Source: the human T2T-CHM13v2.0 reference genome, Homo sapiens
NCBI RefSeq assembly: GCF_009914755.1
Contig: NC_060933.1
Direction: 5' to 3' (one strand)
Length of the DNA: 64,000 nt
Part shown: positions 30,301 to 43,560 of the stretch, in pieces
Numbering within the stretch: the first letter of the stretch is position 1
Layout: each line of letters opens with the position of its first letter
Program-made: the position numbers and the translations under genes
Notes under the pieces: generated by a model
Database searches by the model: none
What the model was told of the DNA's origin: nothing
Seen by the model: the letters and a program-made list of their open reading frames with translations, nothing else

Positions 30301-33300
30301 GAATGGAATGAAATGCAATGGATTCAACTCGATTGCAATGGAATGGAATAGAATGGAATGGAATGGAATGGAATGGAATTAACCCGAATAGTATGGAATG
30401 GAATGGAATGGAACAGAATGGAACGGAATGGAATGGAATGGAATGGAATGGAATGGAATGGTATGGAATGGAATGGAATAGTACGGAATAGAATGGAATG
30501 GAACGAATTGTAATGGAATGGAATTGAATGGAATGGAATGGAAAGGAATGGAATCAACGCGACTGCAGGGGAATGTAATGGAACGGAATGCAATGGAATG
30601 GAATCATCCGGAATGGAATGGAATGGAATGGAATGGAATCAACCCGAGTGCAATGGAATGGAGTGGAATGGAATGGAATGGAATGGAACAACCCGAATGG
30701 AATGTAACGTAATGGAGAGTAAGGGAGTTGAATAGAATCAATCCGAATGTAATGGAATGGAATGCAACGGAATGGAATGGAATGGAATGGAATGAACTCG
30801 TGTGCAATGGAATGGAATGGAATGGATTCAACTCGAATGGAATCAACTCGATTGCAATGGAATGGAATGGAATTGAAAGGAATAGAATGGAATCATCCCG
30901 AGTGGAATGGAATGGAAAGGACTGGAATGGAGTGGAATGGAATGGAATGGAATTAACCCGAATAGAATGAAATGGAACGGAATGGAATGGAATGTAATGG
31001 AATGGAATGGAATGGAATCAACCCGAGTGCAGGGGAATGGAATGGAATGGAATGCAATGGAATGGAATCATCCGGAATGGAATGGAATGGAATGGAATGG
31101 AATGGAATGGAATGGAATCAACCCGAGTGCAGGGGAATGGAATGGAATGGAATGCAATGGAATGGAATCATCCGGAATGGAATGGAATGGAATGGAATGG
31201 AATGGAATGGAATGGAATCAACTCGATTTCAATGGAATGGAATGGAATAGAATGGAATGGAATTAACACGAATAGAATGGAATGGAATCTAATTGAATGG
31301 AACAGAAAGGAATGGAATGGAATGGAATGGAATCAACCCAAGTGCAGGGGAATGGAATGGAATGGAATTCAATGGAATGGAATCATCCGGAATGGAATGG
31401 AATGGAATGGAATGGAATGGAATGGAATCAACCCGAGTGCAATGGAATGGAGAGGAATGAAATGGAATGGAACGGAAACTACACGAATCGAATGGAATGT
31501 AATGGAGTGTAAGGGAATTGAATAGAATGAATCCGAATGGAATGGAATGGAATGGAATCAACGCGAGTGCAGGGGAATGGAATGTAATGGAATGCAATGG
31601 AATGGAATCTTCCGGAATGGAATGGAATGGAATGGAATGCAATGGATTCAACTCGATTGCAATGGAATGGAATAGAATGGAATGGAATGGAATGGAATGG
31701 AATGGAATTAACCCGAATAGAATGGAATGGAATGGAACGGAATGGAACGGAACGGAATTGAATGGAATGGAATGGAATGGAATGGAATGGAATGGTGGGG
31801 AATGGAATGGAATGGAATGGAATCAACGCGAGTGCAGGGGAATGTAATGGAACAGAATGTAATGGAATGGAATTATCCGGAATGGAATGGAATGGAATGG
31901 AATGGAATGAAATCAACCCTAGTGCAATGGAATGGAGTGGAATGGAATGGAATGGAATGGAACAACCCGAATGGAATGGAATGGAATGGAGAGTAAGGGA
32001 GATGAATAGAATCAATCCGAATGTAATGGAATGGAATGCAACGGAATGGAATGGAATGGAATGGAATGCAATGGAATGGAATCAACCCGAGTACAATGGA
32101 ATGGAATGGAATGGAATGGAATGGAATGGAATGGAATGGAATGGCTTCAAACCGAATGGAATGGAAAGGAATGGAATCAACAAGAGTGGAATGGAATGGA
32201 ATGGAATGGAATGCAATCGAATTGAATGGAATGGTATGGAATGGAATGGAATGGAATGGAATGGAATGGAATGGAATGGAATGGAATCGTTCCGAGTGGA
32301 ATAGGAGGGAAAGTATTCGAGTGGATTGGAAAGGAATGGAATCAACCAGAGTGGAATGGAAGGGAATGGAATGGAATGGAAACTAATAGAATGGAATCAA
32401 CCCGAGTGGAATGGAATGGAAAGGACTGGAATGGAATGGAATGGAATGGAATGGAATGGAATCAAATCGATTGTAATGGATTGGAATGGAATGGAATGGA
32501 ATGGAATGGAATGGAATTAACCCAAATACAATGGAATGGAATGGAATGGAACGGAATGGAGTGGAATGGAATGGAATCAACCCGAGTGCAGGGGAATGGA
32601 ATGGAATGGAATGCAATGGAATGGAATCATCCGGAATGGAATGGAATGGAATGGAATGCAAAGCAATGGAATCAACTCGATTGCAATGGAATGGAATGGA
32701 CTGGAAAGGAATACATTGGAATCAACCCGAGTGGAATGGAATGGAAAGGACTGGAATGGAGTGGAATGGAATGGAATGGAATGGAATGGAATCAACTCGA
32801 CTGGAATGGAATGGAATGGAATGGAATGGAATGGAATGGAATGGAATGGAATCAACCCGACTGCAGGGGAATGGAATGGAATGGAATGCAATGGAATGGA
32901 TTCAACTTGAATGGAATGGAAAGGAATGGAATGGAATGGAATGGAATGGAATGGAATGGAATGGAATCAACTCGATTGCAATCGAATGGAATGGAATGGA
33001 ATTAACCCGAATAGAATGGAATGGAATGGAATGGAACGGAACGGAACGGAACGGAATGGAATGGAATGGAATGGAATGGAATGGTATGGAACGGAAAGGA
33101 ACGGAATGGAATGGAATGGAATGGAATGGAATCAACGCTAGTGCAGGGGAATGGAATGTAATGGAATGCAATGGAATGGAATCTTCCGGAATGGAATGGA
33201 ATGGAATGGAATGGAATCAACCCGAGTGCAATGGAATGGAGTGGAATGGAATGGAATGGAATGGAACAACCCGAATGGAATGGAATGTAATGGAGAGTAA

Positions 33301-34530
33301 GGGAGTTGAATAGAATCATTCCGAATGTAATGGAATGGAATGGAACAGAATGGAATTGAAAGGAATGGAATGGAATGCAATGGAATGGAATCAACCCGAG
33401 TGTAATGGAATGGAGAGGAATGGAATGGAATGGAATGGAAAATACCCGAATGGAATGGAATGTAATGGAGTGTAAGGGAATTGAATAGAATCAATCTGAA
33501 TGTAATGGAATGGAATGGAAAGGAATGGAATGGAATGGAATGGAATGGAATGGAATGGAATGGAATGGAATCAACAAGAGTGCAATCGAATGGAATCGAA
33601 AGGAATGCAATGCAATAGAATGGATTCAACTTGAATGGAATGGAAAGAATGGAATCAACACGAGTGGAATGGCATGGATTGGAATGGAATGGAATGGAAT
33701 CAACCCGAGTACAGGGGAGTGGAATGGAATGGAATGCAATGGAATGGAATCATCCGTAATGGAATGGAAAGGAATGGAATGGAATGGAATGGAATGGAAT
33801 GGAATGGAATCAACTCGATTGCAATCGAATGGAATGGAATGGAATTACCCATATAGAATGGAATGGAATGGAATGGAACGGAACGGAATGGAATGGAATG
33901 GAATGGAATGGAATGGAACGGAACGGAACGGAACGGAATGGAATGGAATGGAATGGAATGGAATCAACGCGAGTGTAGGGGAATGGAATGGAATGGAATG
34001 CAATGGAATGGAATCTTCCGGAATGGAATGGAATGGAATGGAATGAAATGCAATGGATTCAACTCGATTGCAATGGAATGGAATAGAATGGAATGGAATG
34101 GAATGGAATGGAATTAACCCGAATAGTATGGAATGGAATGGAATGGAACAGAATGGAACGGAATGGAATGGAATGGAATGGAATGGAATGGAATGGTATG
34201 GAATGGAATGGAATAGTACGGAATAGAATGGAATGGAACGAATTGTAATGGAATGGAGTTGAATGGAATGGAATGGAAAGGAATGGAATCAACGCGACTG
34301 CAGGGGAATGTAATGGAACGGAATGCAATGGAATGGAATCATCCGGAATGGAATGGAATGGAATGGAATGGAATCAACCCGAGTGCAATGGAATGGAGTG
34401 GAATGGAATGGAATGGAATGGAACAACCCGAATGGAATGTAATGTAATGGAGAGTAAGGGAGTTGAATAGAATCAATCCGAATGTAATGGAATGGAATGC
34501 AACGGAATGGAATGGAATGGAATGGAATGG
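27124..34530 (+). repeat. ~3.7 kb tandem duplication (27124-30793, 30794-~34530)
   Basis: GAACTCGTGTGC occurs at 27124 and 30794. ORF pairs 27714/31479, 28791/32536, 29398/33138, 30324/34059. Shared rare words GGTGGGGAAT, GGAGATGAAT, AAGTATTCG, GAATTACCC. Confidence 0.92.
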
Positions 34531-34868
34531 AATGCAATGGAATGGAATCAACCCGAGTACAATGGAATGGAATGGAATGGAATGGAATGGAATGGAATGG
34601 AATGGAATGGAATTGAATGGATTGGAATGCCTTCAAACCGAATGGAATGGAAAGGAATGGAATCAACACGAGTGGAATGGAATGGAATGGAATGGAACGG
34701 AATGGAATGGAATGGAATAGAGTGGAATGGAATCAACTCGATTGCAATCGAATGGAATGGAATGGAGTTAAGCCGAGTACAGGGGAATGGAATGGAATGG
34801 AATGCAATGGAATGGAATCATCCGTAATGGAATGGAATGGAATGGAATGGAATGGAATGGAATGGAAT

Positions 34869-37800
34869 CGTTCCGAGTGGAATAGGAGGGAATGTATTCG
34901 AGTGGAATGGAAAGGAATGGAATCAACCAGAGTGGAATGGAAGGGAATGGAATGGAATGGACACTAATAGAATGGAATCAACCCGAGTGGAAAGGAATGG
35001 AAAGGAATGGAATTGAATGGAATGGAATGGAATGGAATGGAATCAACTCGATTGTAATGGAATGGAATGGAATGGAATGGAATGGAATGGAATTAACACG
35101 AATACAATGGAATGGAATGGAATGGAACGGAATGGAGTGGAATGGAATGGAATCAACCCGAGTGCAGGGGAATGGAATGGAATGGAATGCAATGGAATGG
35201 AATCATCCGGAATGGAATGGTATGGAATGGAATGCAAAGCAATAGAATCAACTCAATTGCAATGGAATGGAATGGAATGGAAAGGAATAGAATTGAATCA
35301 ACCTGAGTGTAATGGAATGGAAAGGACTGGAATGGAGTGGAATGGAATGGAATGGAATGGAATGGAATCAACTCGATTGGAATGGAATCTAATGGAATGG
35401 AATGGAATGGAATGGAATGGAATTAACCCGAATAGAATGGAATGGAATGGAATGGAACGGAATGGAATGGAATGGAATGGAATGGAATGGAATGGAATGG
35501 AATCAACCCGACTGCAGGGGAATGGAATGGAATGGAATGGAATGGAATGGAATCATCCGGAACGGAATGGAATGGAATGGAATGGAATCAACTCGATTGA
35601 AATGGAATGGAATGGAATGGAATGGAATCGAATGGAATGGAATGGAATTAACCGGAATAGAATGGAATGGAATGGAATGGAACGGAATGGAATGGAATGG
35701 AATGGAATGGAATCAACCCGAGTGCAGGGGAATGGAATGGAATGGAATGCAATGGAATGGAATCATCCGGAATGGAATGGAATGGAATGGAATGCAATCA
35801 ACCTGATGCAATGGAATGGAGTGGAATGGAATGGAATGGAATGGAAACATCCCGAATGGAATGGAATGTAACGCAGTGTAAGGGAATTGAATAGAATCAA
35901 TCCGAATGTAATGGAATGGAATGGAATGAAATGGAATGGAATGGAATGGAATGGAATCAACCCGAGTGCAATGGAATGGATTCGAATGGAATGGAATGGA
36001 ATGGAATGGATTCAACAAGAATGGAATGGAAAGGAATGGAATCAACCCGAGTGTAATGGCATGGAATGGAACGGAATGGAATGGGATGGAATGGAATGGT
36101 ACGGAATAGAATGGAATGGAATGAAATGGAATGGAATGGAATGGAATGGAATGGAATGAACCCGTGTGCAATGGAATGGAATGGAATGGAATGGAATGGA
36201 TTCAACTCGAATGGAATCAACTCGATTGCAATGGAATGGAATGGAATTGAAAGGAATAGAATGGAATCATCCCGAGTGGAATGGAATGGAAAGGACTGGA
36301 ATGGAGTGGAATGGAATGGAATGGTATTAACCCGAATAGAATGAAATGGAACGGAATGGAATGGAATGTAATGGAATGGAATGGAATGGAATCAACCCGA
36401 GTGCAGGGGAATGGAATGGAATGGAATGCAATGGAATGAAATCATCCGGAATGGAATGGAATGGAATGGAATGGAATGGAATGGAATGGAATGGAATCAA
36501 CTCGATTTCAATGGAATGGAATGGAATAGAATGGAATGGAATTAACACGAATAGAATGGAATGGAATGGAATTGAATGGAACAGAAAGGAATGGAATGGA
36601 ATGGAATGGAATCAACCCAAGTGAAGTGGAATGGAATGGAATGGAATTCAATGGAATGGAATCATCCGGAATGGAATGGAATGGAATGAAATGGAATGGA
36701 ATGGAATGGAATCAATCCGAGTGCAATGGAATGGAGAGGAATGGAATGGAATGGAATGGAAACTACACGAATCGAATGGAATGTAATGGAGTGTAAGGGA
36801 ATTGAATAGAATGAATCCGAATGGAATGGAATGGAATGGAATCAACGCGAGTGCAGGGGAATGGAATGTAATGGAATGCAATGGAATGGACTCTTCCAGA
36901 ATGGAATGGAATGGAATGGAATGCAATGGATTCAACTCGATTGCAATGGAATGGAATAGAATGGAATGGAATGGAATGGAATGGAATTAACCCGAATAGA
37001 ATGGAATGGAATGGAACGGAATGGAACGGAACGGAATGGAATGGAATGGAATGGAATGGAATGGTGTGGAATGGAATGGAATGGAATGGAATCAACGCGA
37101 GTGCAGGGGAATGTAATGGAACGGAATGTAATGGAATGGAATCATCCGGAATAGAATGGAATGGAATGGAATGGAATGGAATCAACCCGAGTGCAATGGA
37201 ATGGAGTGGAATGGAATGGAATGGAATGGAACAACCCGAATGGAATGGAATGTACTGGAGAGTAAGGGAGTTGAATAGAATCAATCCGAATGTAATGGAA
37301 CGGAATGGAACGGAATGGAATGGAATGGAGTGGAATGCAATTGAATGGAATCAACCCGAGTACAATGGAATGGAATGGAATGGAACGGAATGGAATGGAA
37401 TGGCTTCAAACCGAATGGAATGGAAACGAATGGAATCAACACTAGTGGAATGGAATGGAATGGAATGGAATGCAATCGAATGGAATGGAATGGTATGGAA
37501 TAGAATGGAATGGAAAGAAATGGAATGGAATGGAAAGGAATGGAATGGAATCGTTCCGAGTGGAATAGGAGGGAATGTATTCGAGTGGATTGGAAAGGAA
37601 TGGAATCAACCAGAGTGGAATGGAAGGGAATGAAATGGAATGGAAACTAATAGAATGGAATCAACCCGAGTGGAATGGAATGGAAAGGACTGGAATGGAA
37701 TGGAATGGAATGGAATGGAATGGAATGGAATCAACTCGATTGTAATGGAATGGAATGGAATGGAATGGAATGGAATGGAATGGAATGGAATTAACACAAA

Positions 37801-39995
37801 TACAATGGAATGGAATGGAATGGAACGGAATGGAGTGGAATGGAATGGAATCAACCCGAGTGCAGGGGAATGGAATGGAATGGAATGCAATGGAATGGAA
37901 TCATCCGGAATGGAATGGAATGGAATGGAATGTAAAGCAATGGAATCAACTCGATTCCAATGGAATGGAATGGACTGGAAAGGAATACATTGGAATCAAC
38001 CAGAGTGGAATGGAATGGAAAGGACTGGAATGGAGTGGAATGGAATGGCATGGAATGGAATGGAATGGAATCAACTCGATTGGAATGGAATGGAATGGAA
38101 TGGAATGGAATGGAATGGAATTAACCCGAATAGAATGGAATGGAGTGGAATGGAACGGAACGGAACGGAACGGAATGGAATGGAATGGAATGGAATGGAA
38201 TGGAATGGAATCAACCCGACTGCAGGGGAATGGAATGGAATGGAATGCAATGGAATGGATTCAACTTGAATGGAATGGAAGGAATGGAATCAACACGAGT
38301 GGAATGGCATGGATTGGAATGGAATGGAATGGAATGAACCCGAGTACAGGGGAATGGAATGGAATGGAATGCAATGGAATGGAATCATCCGTAATGGAAT
38401 GGAAAGGAATGGAATGGAATGGAATGGAATGGAATGGAATGGAATGGAATGGAATCAACTCGATTGCAATCGAATGGAATGGAATGGAATTAACCCGAAT
38501 GGAATGGAATGGAATGGAATGCAATGGAACGGAACGGAACGGAATGGAATGGAATGGAATGGAATGGAATGGAATGGAACGGAAAGGAATGGAATGGAAT
38601 GGAATGGAATGGAATGGAATGGAATGGAATCAACGCGAGTGCAGGGGAATGGAATGGAATGGAATGCAATGGAATGGAATCTTCCGGAATGGAATGGAAT
38701 GGAATGGAATGGAATGGAATGGAATGGAATGGAATGGAATAAACCCGAGTGCAATGGAATGGAGTGGAATGGAATGGAATGGAATGGAACAGCCCGAATG
38801 GAATGGAATGTAATGGAGAGTAAGGGAGTTGAATAGAATCAATCCGAATGTAATGGAATGGAATGGAACAGAATGGAATTGAATGGAATGGAATTGAATG
38901 CAATGGAATGGAATCAACCCGAGTGCAATGGAATGGAGAGGAATGGAATGGAATGGAATGGAAACTATCCGAATGGAATGGAATGTAATGGAGTGTAAGG
39001 GAATTGAATAGAATCAATCCGAATGTAATGGAATGGAATGGAATGGAACGGAATGGAATGGAATGGAATGGAATGGAATGGAATGGAATGCAATGGAATG
39101 GAATCAACCCGAGTGCAATCGAATGGAATCGAATGGAATGGAATGCAATGGAATGGATTCAACTTGAATGGAATGGAAAGAATGGAATCAACACGAGTGG
39201 AAGGGCATGGATTGGAATGTAATGGAATGGAATCAACCCGAGTACAGGGGAATGGAATGGAATGGAATGCAATGGAATGGAATCAACACGATTGCAATCG
39301 AATGGAATGGAATGGAATTAACCCGAATAGAATGGAATGGAATGGAATGGAACGGAACGGAATGGAATGGAATGGAACGGAATGGAATGGAAAGGAACGG
39401 AATGGAAGGGAATGGAATGGAATGGAATGGAATGGAATCAACGCGAGTGCAGGGGAATGGAATGGAATGGAATGCAATGGAATGGAATATTCCGGAATGG
39501 AATGGAATGGAATGGAATGGAATGAAGTGCAGTGGATTCAACTCGATTGCAATGGAATGGAATAGAATGGAATGGAATGGAATGGAATGGAATTAACCCG
39601 AATAGAATGGAATGGAATGGAACGGAATGGAACGGAATGGAATGGAATGGAATGGAATGGAATGGAATGGAATGGAATGGTATGGAATGGAATGGAATGG
39701 TACGGAATAGAATGGAATGGAACGAATTGTAATGGAATGGAATTGAATGGAATGGAATGGAATGGAATGGAATCAACGCGAGTGCAGGGGAATGTAATGG
39801 AACGGAATGCAATGGAATGGAATCATCCGGAATGGAATGGAATGGAAAGGAATGGAATGGAATGGAATCAACCCGAGTGCAATGGAATGGAGTGGAATGG
39901 AATGGAATGGAATGGAACAACCCGAATGGAATGGAATGTAATGGACAGTAAGGGAGTTGAATAGAATCAATCCGAATGTAATGGAATGGAATGCA
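34869..39995 (+). repeat. Older, more diverged paralog of 25870-30770 (ancestral period ~5.3 kb)
   Basis: Same landmark order at offsets ~9.0-9.26 kb (25870/34869, 26714/35763, 28538/37552, 29557/38820). Shared GGAATCTAATGG, GGCTTCAAACCG, GTGGATTGGAAAGG, GGACTGGAAAGGAATACATT. Confidence 0.75.
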
Positions 39996-41345
39996 ACGGA
40001 ATGGAATGGAATGGAATGGAATGGAATGGAATGGAATGGAATGGAATGCAAAGGAATGGAATCAACCCGAGTGGAATGGCATGGAATGGAATGCAATTGA
40101 ATGGAATGGAATGGAATCAACTCGAGTGGAAAGGAATGGAATGGAATGGAAAGGAATGGAATGAAGTCAACTCGAGTGGAATGGAATGGAATGGAATGGA
40201 TTGGAATGGATTGCAATGGAATGAAATGGAATGGAATGGAATGGAATCAATCATTCCGAGTGGAATGGAAGGGAATGTAATGGAGTGGAAAGAAGGGAAT
40301 GGAATCAACCCGAGTGGAATGCAAAGCAATGGAATGGAATGGAAAGGAATGGAATGGAATCAACTCGATTGCAATGGAATGGAATGGAATGGAATGGAAT
40401 TCACCGGAATAGAATGTAATGGAATGGAATGGAACGGAATGGAATGGAATGGAACGGAATGGAATGGAATGGAATGGAATGGAATGGAATGGAGTGGAAT
40501 CAACCCGACTGCAGAGGAATGGAATGGAATGGAATGCAATGGAATGGATTCAACTTGAATGGAATGGAAGGAATGGAATCAACACGAGTGGAATGGCATG
40601 GATTGGAATGGAATGGAATGGAATGAACCCGAGTACAGGGGAATGGAATGGAATGGAATGCAATGGAATGGAATCATCCGTAATGGAATGGAAAGGAATG
40701 GAATGGAATGGAATGGAATGGAATGGAATGGAATGGAATGGAATCAACTCGATTGCAATCTAATGGAATGGAATGGAATTAACCCGAATGGAATGGAATG
40801 GAATGGAATGCAATGGAACGGAACGGAACGGAATGGAATGGAATGGAATGGAATGGAATGGAATGGAACGGAAAGGAATGGAATGGAATGGAATGGAATG
40901 GAATGGAATGGAATGGAATGGAATCAACGCGAGTGCAGGGGAATGGAATGGAATGGAATGCAATGGAATGGAATCTTCCGGAATGGAATGGAATGGAATG
41001 GAATGGAATGGAATGGAATGGAATGGAATAAACCCGAGTGCAATGGAATGGAGTGGAATGGAATGGAATGGAATGGAACAGCCCGAATGGAATGGAATGT
41101 AATGGAGAGTAAGGGAGTTGAATAGAATCAATCCGAATGTAATGGAATGGAATGGAACAGAATGGAATTGAATGGAATGGAATGGAATGCAATGGAATGG
41201 AATCAACCCGAGTGCAATGGAATGGAGAGGAATGGAATGGAATGGAATGGAAACTATCCGAATGGAATGGAATGTAATGGAGTGTAAGGGAATTGAATAG
41301 AATCAATCCGAATGTAATGGAATGGAATGGAATGGAACGGAATGG
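38212..41345 (+). repeat. ~850 bp interrupted direct repeat (38212-39060 and 40501-41345, offset 2289)
   Basis: ORF pairs 38140/40429, 38270/40559, 39004/41293. Rare words found only in these two copies: GAATGAACCCGAGTAC, GAACAGCCCGA, AAACTATCCG. Confidence 0.85.
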
Positions 41346-41349
41346 AATG

Positions 41350-43560
41350 GAATCATCTGGAATGGAATGGAATGGAATGGAATGCAAAGCAATGGAGTCA
41401 ACTCGATTGCAATGGAATGGAATGGAGTGGAAAGGAATAGAATGGAATCAACCCGAGTGTAATGGAATGGAAAGGACTGGAATGGAGTGGAATGCAATGG
41501 AATGGAATGGAATGGAATCAACTCGATTGGAATCGAATGGAATGGAACGGAATGGAATGGAATGGAATGGAATTAACCCGAATAGAATGGAATGGAATGG
41601 AATTGAACGGAACGGAATGGAATGGAATGGAATGGAATGGAATGGAATGGAATGGAATCAACCCGACTGCAGGGGAATGGAATGGAATGGAATGGAATGG
41701 AATGGAATCATCCGGAACGGAATAGAATGGAATGGAATGGAATCAACTCGATTGCAATGGAATGGAATGGAATGGAATGGAATGGAACGGAATGGAATGG
41801 AATGGAATGGAATGGAATTCACCCGAAAAGAATGGAATGGAATGGAATGGAAAGGAATGGAAGGGAAGGAAATGGAATGTAATCAACCCGAGTGCAGGGG
41901 AATGGAATGGAATGGAATGGCATGGAATGGAATCATCCGGAATGGAATGGAATGGAATGGAATGGAATGGAATGGTATCAACCCGAGTGCAGGGGAATGT
42001 AATGGAACGGAATGCAATGGAATGGAATCATCCGGAATGGAATGGAATGGAATGGAATGGAATGGAATCAACCCGAGTGCAATGGAATGGAGTGGAATGG
42101 AATGGAATGGAATGGAACAACCCGAATGGAATGGAATGTAATGGAGAGTAAGGGAGTTGAATAGAATCAATCCGAATGTAATGGAATGGAATGCAACGGA
42201 ATGGAATGGAATGGAATGCAATGGAATGGAATGCAATGGAATGCAAAGGAATGGAATCAACCTGAGTGGAATGGCATGGAATGGAATGCAATGGATTGGA
42301 ATGGAATGGAATCAACTCGAGTGGAAAGGAATGGAATGGAATGGAATGGAAAGGAGTGGAATGAAGTCAACTCGAGTGGAATGGAATGGAATGGAATGGA
42401 TTGGAATGGATTGCAATGGAATGAAATGGAATGGAATGGAATGGAATCAATCATTCCGAGTGGAATGGAAGGGAATGTAATGGAGTGGAAAGAAGGGAAT
42501 GGAATAAACCCGAGTGGAATGCAACGCAATGGAATGGAATGGAAAGGAATGGAATGGAATCAACTCGATGGCAATGGAATGGAAAGGAATGGAATGGAAT
42601 GGAATGGAATTAATCCGAATAGAATGGAATGGAATGGAATGGAATGGAAGGGAATGGAATCAACACGAGTGCAGGGGAATGGAATGGAATGCAATGGAAT
42701 GGAATCATCCGGAATGGAATGGAATGGAATGGAATCAATTCCATTGCAATGGAATGGAATGGAATTGAATGGAATAGAATGGAATGGAATTAACCTGAAT
42801 AGAATGGAATGCAATAGAATGGAATGCAACGGAACCGAATGGAGTGGAATGGAATGGAATGGAATCATCCCGAGTACAGGGGAATGGAATGGAATGGAAT
42901 GCAATGGAATGGAGTCATCCGTAATGGAATGGAAAGGAATGAAATGGAATGGAATGGAATGGAACGGAATGGAATGGAATGGAATGGAATCAACTCGATG
43001 GCAATCGAATGGAATGGAATGGAATTAACCCGAATAGAATGGAATGGAATGGAATGGAACGGAACGGAATGGAATGGAATGGAATGGAATGGAATGGAAT
43101 GGAACGGAACGGAATGGAATGGAATGGAATGGAATGGAATCAACGCGAGTGCAGGGGAATGGAATGGAATGGAATGTAATGGAATGGAACCTTCCGGAAT
43201 GGAATGGAATGGAATGGAATGGAATGAAAGGCAATGGATTAAACTCGATTGCAATGGAATGGAAGAGAATGGAATGGAATGGAATGGAATGGAATGGAGT
43301 GGAATGGAATGGAATGGAATGCCTTCAAACCGAAAGGAATGGAAAGGAATGGAATCAACACGAGTGGAAAGGAATGGAATGGAAAGGAATGGAATGGAAT
43401 GGAATGGTACGGAATAGAATGGAATGGAACGAACTGGAATGGAATGGAATGGAATGGAATGGAATGGAATGGAATGGAATGGAATCGTTCCGAGTGGAAT
43501 AGGAGGGAATGTATTCGAGTGGAATGGAAAGGAATGGAATCAACCAGAGTGGAATGGAAT
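41350..43560 (+). repeat. Diverged dispersed paralog of ~1790-4000
   Basis: Contains AAGGGAAGGAAATGGAATGTAATCAACCCG (41861; also 2301, 8486, 8811, 49080), GGTATCAACCCG, GGATTAAACTCG, GGAAGAGAAT and CAAACCGAAAGG in the same order. Confidence 0.8.
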
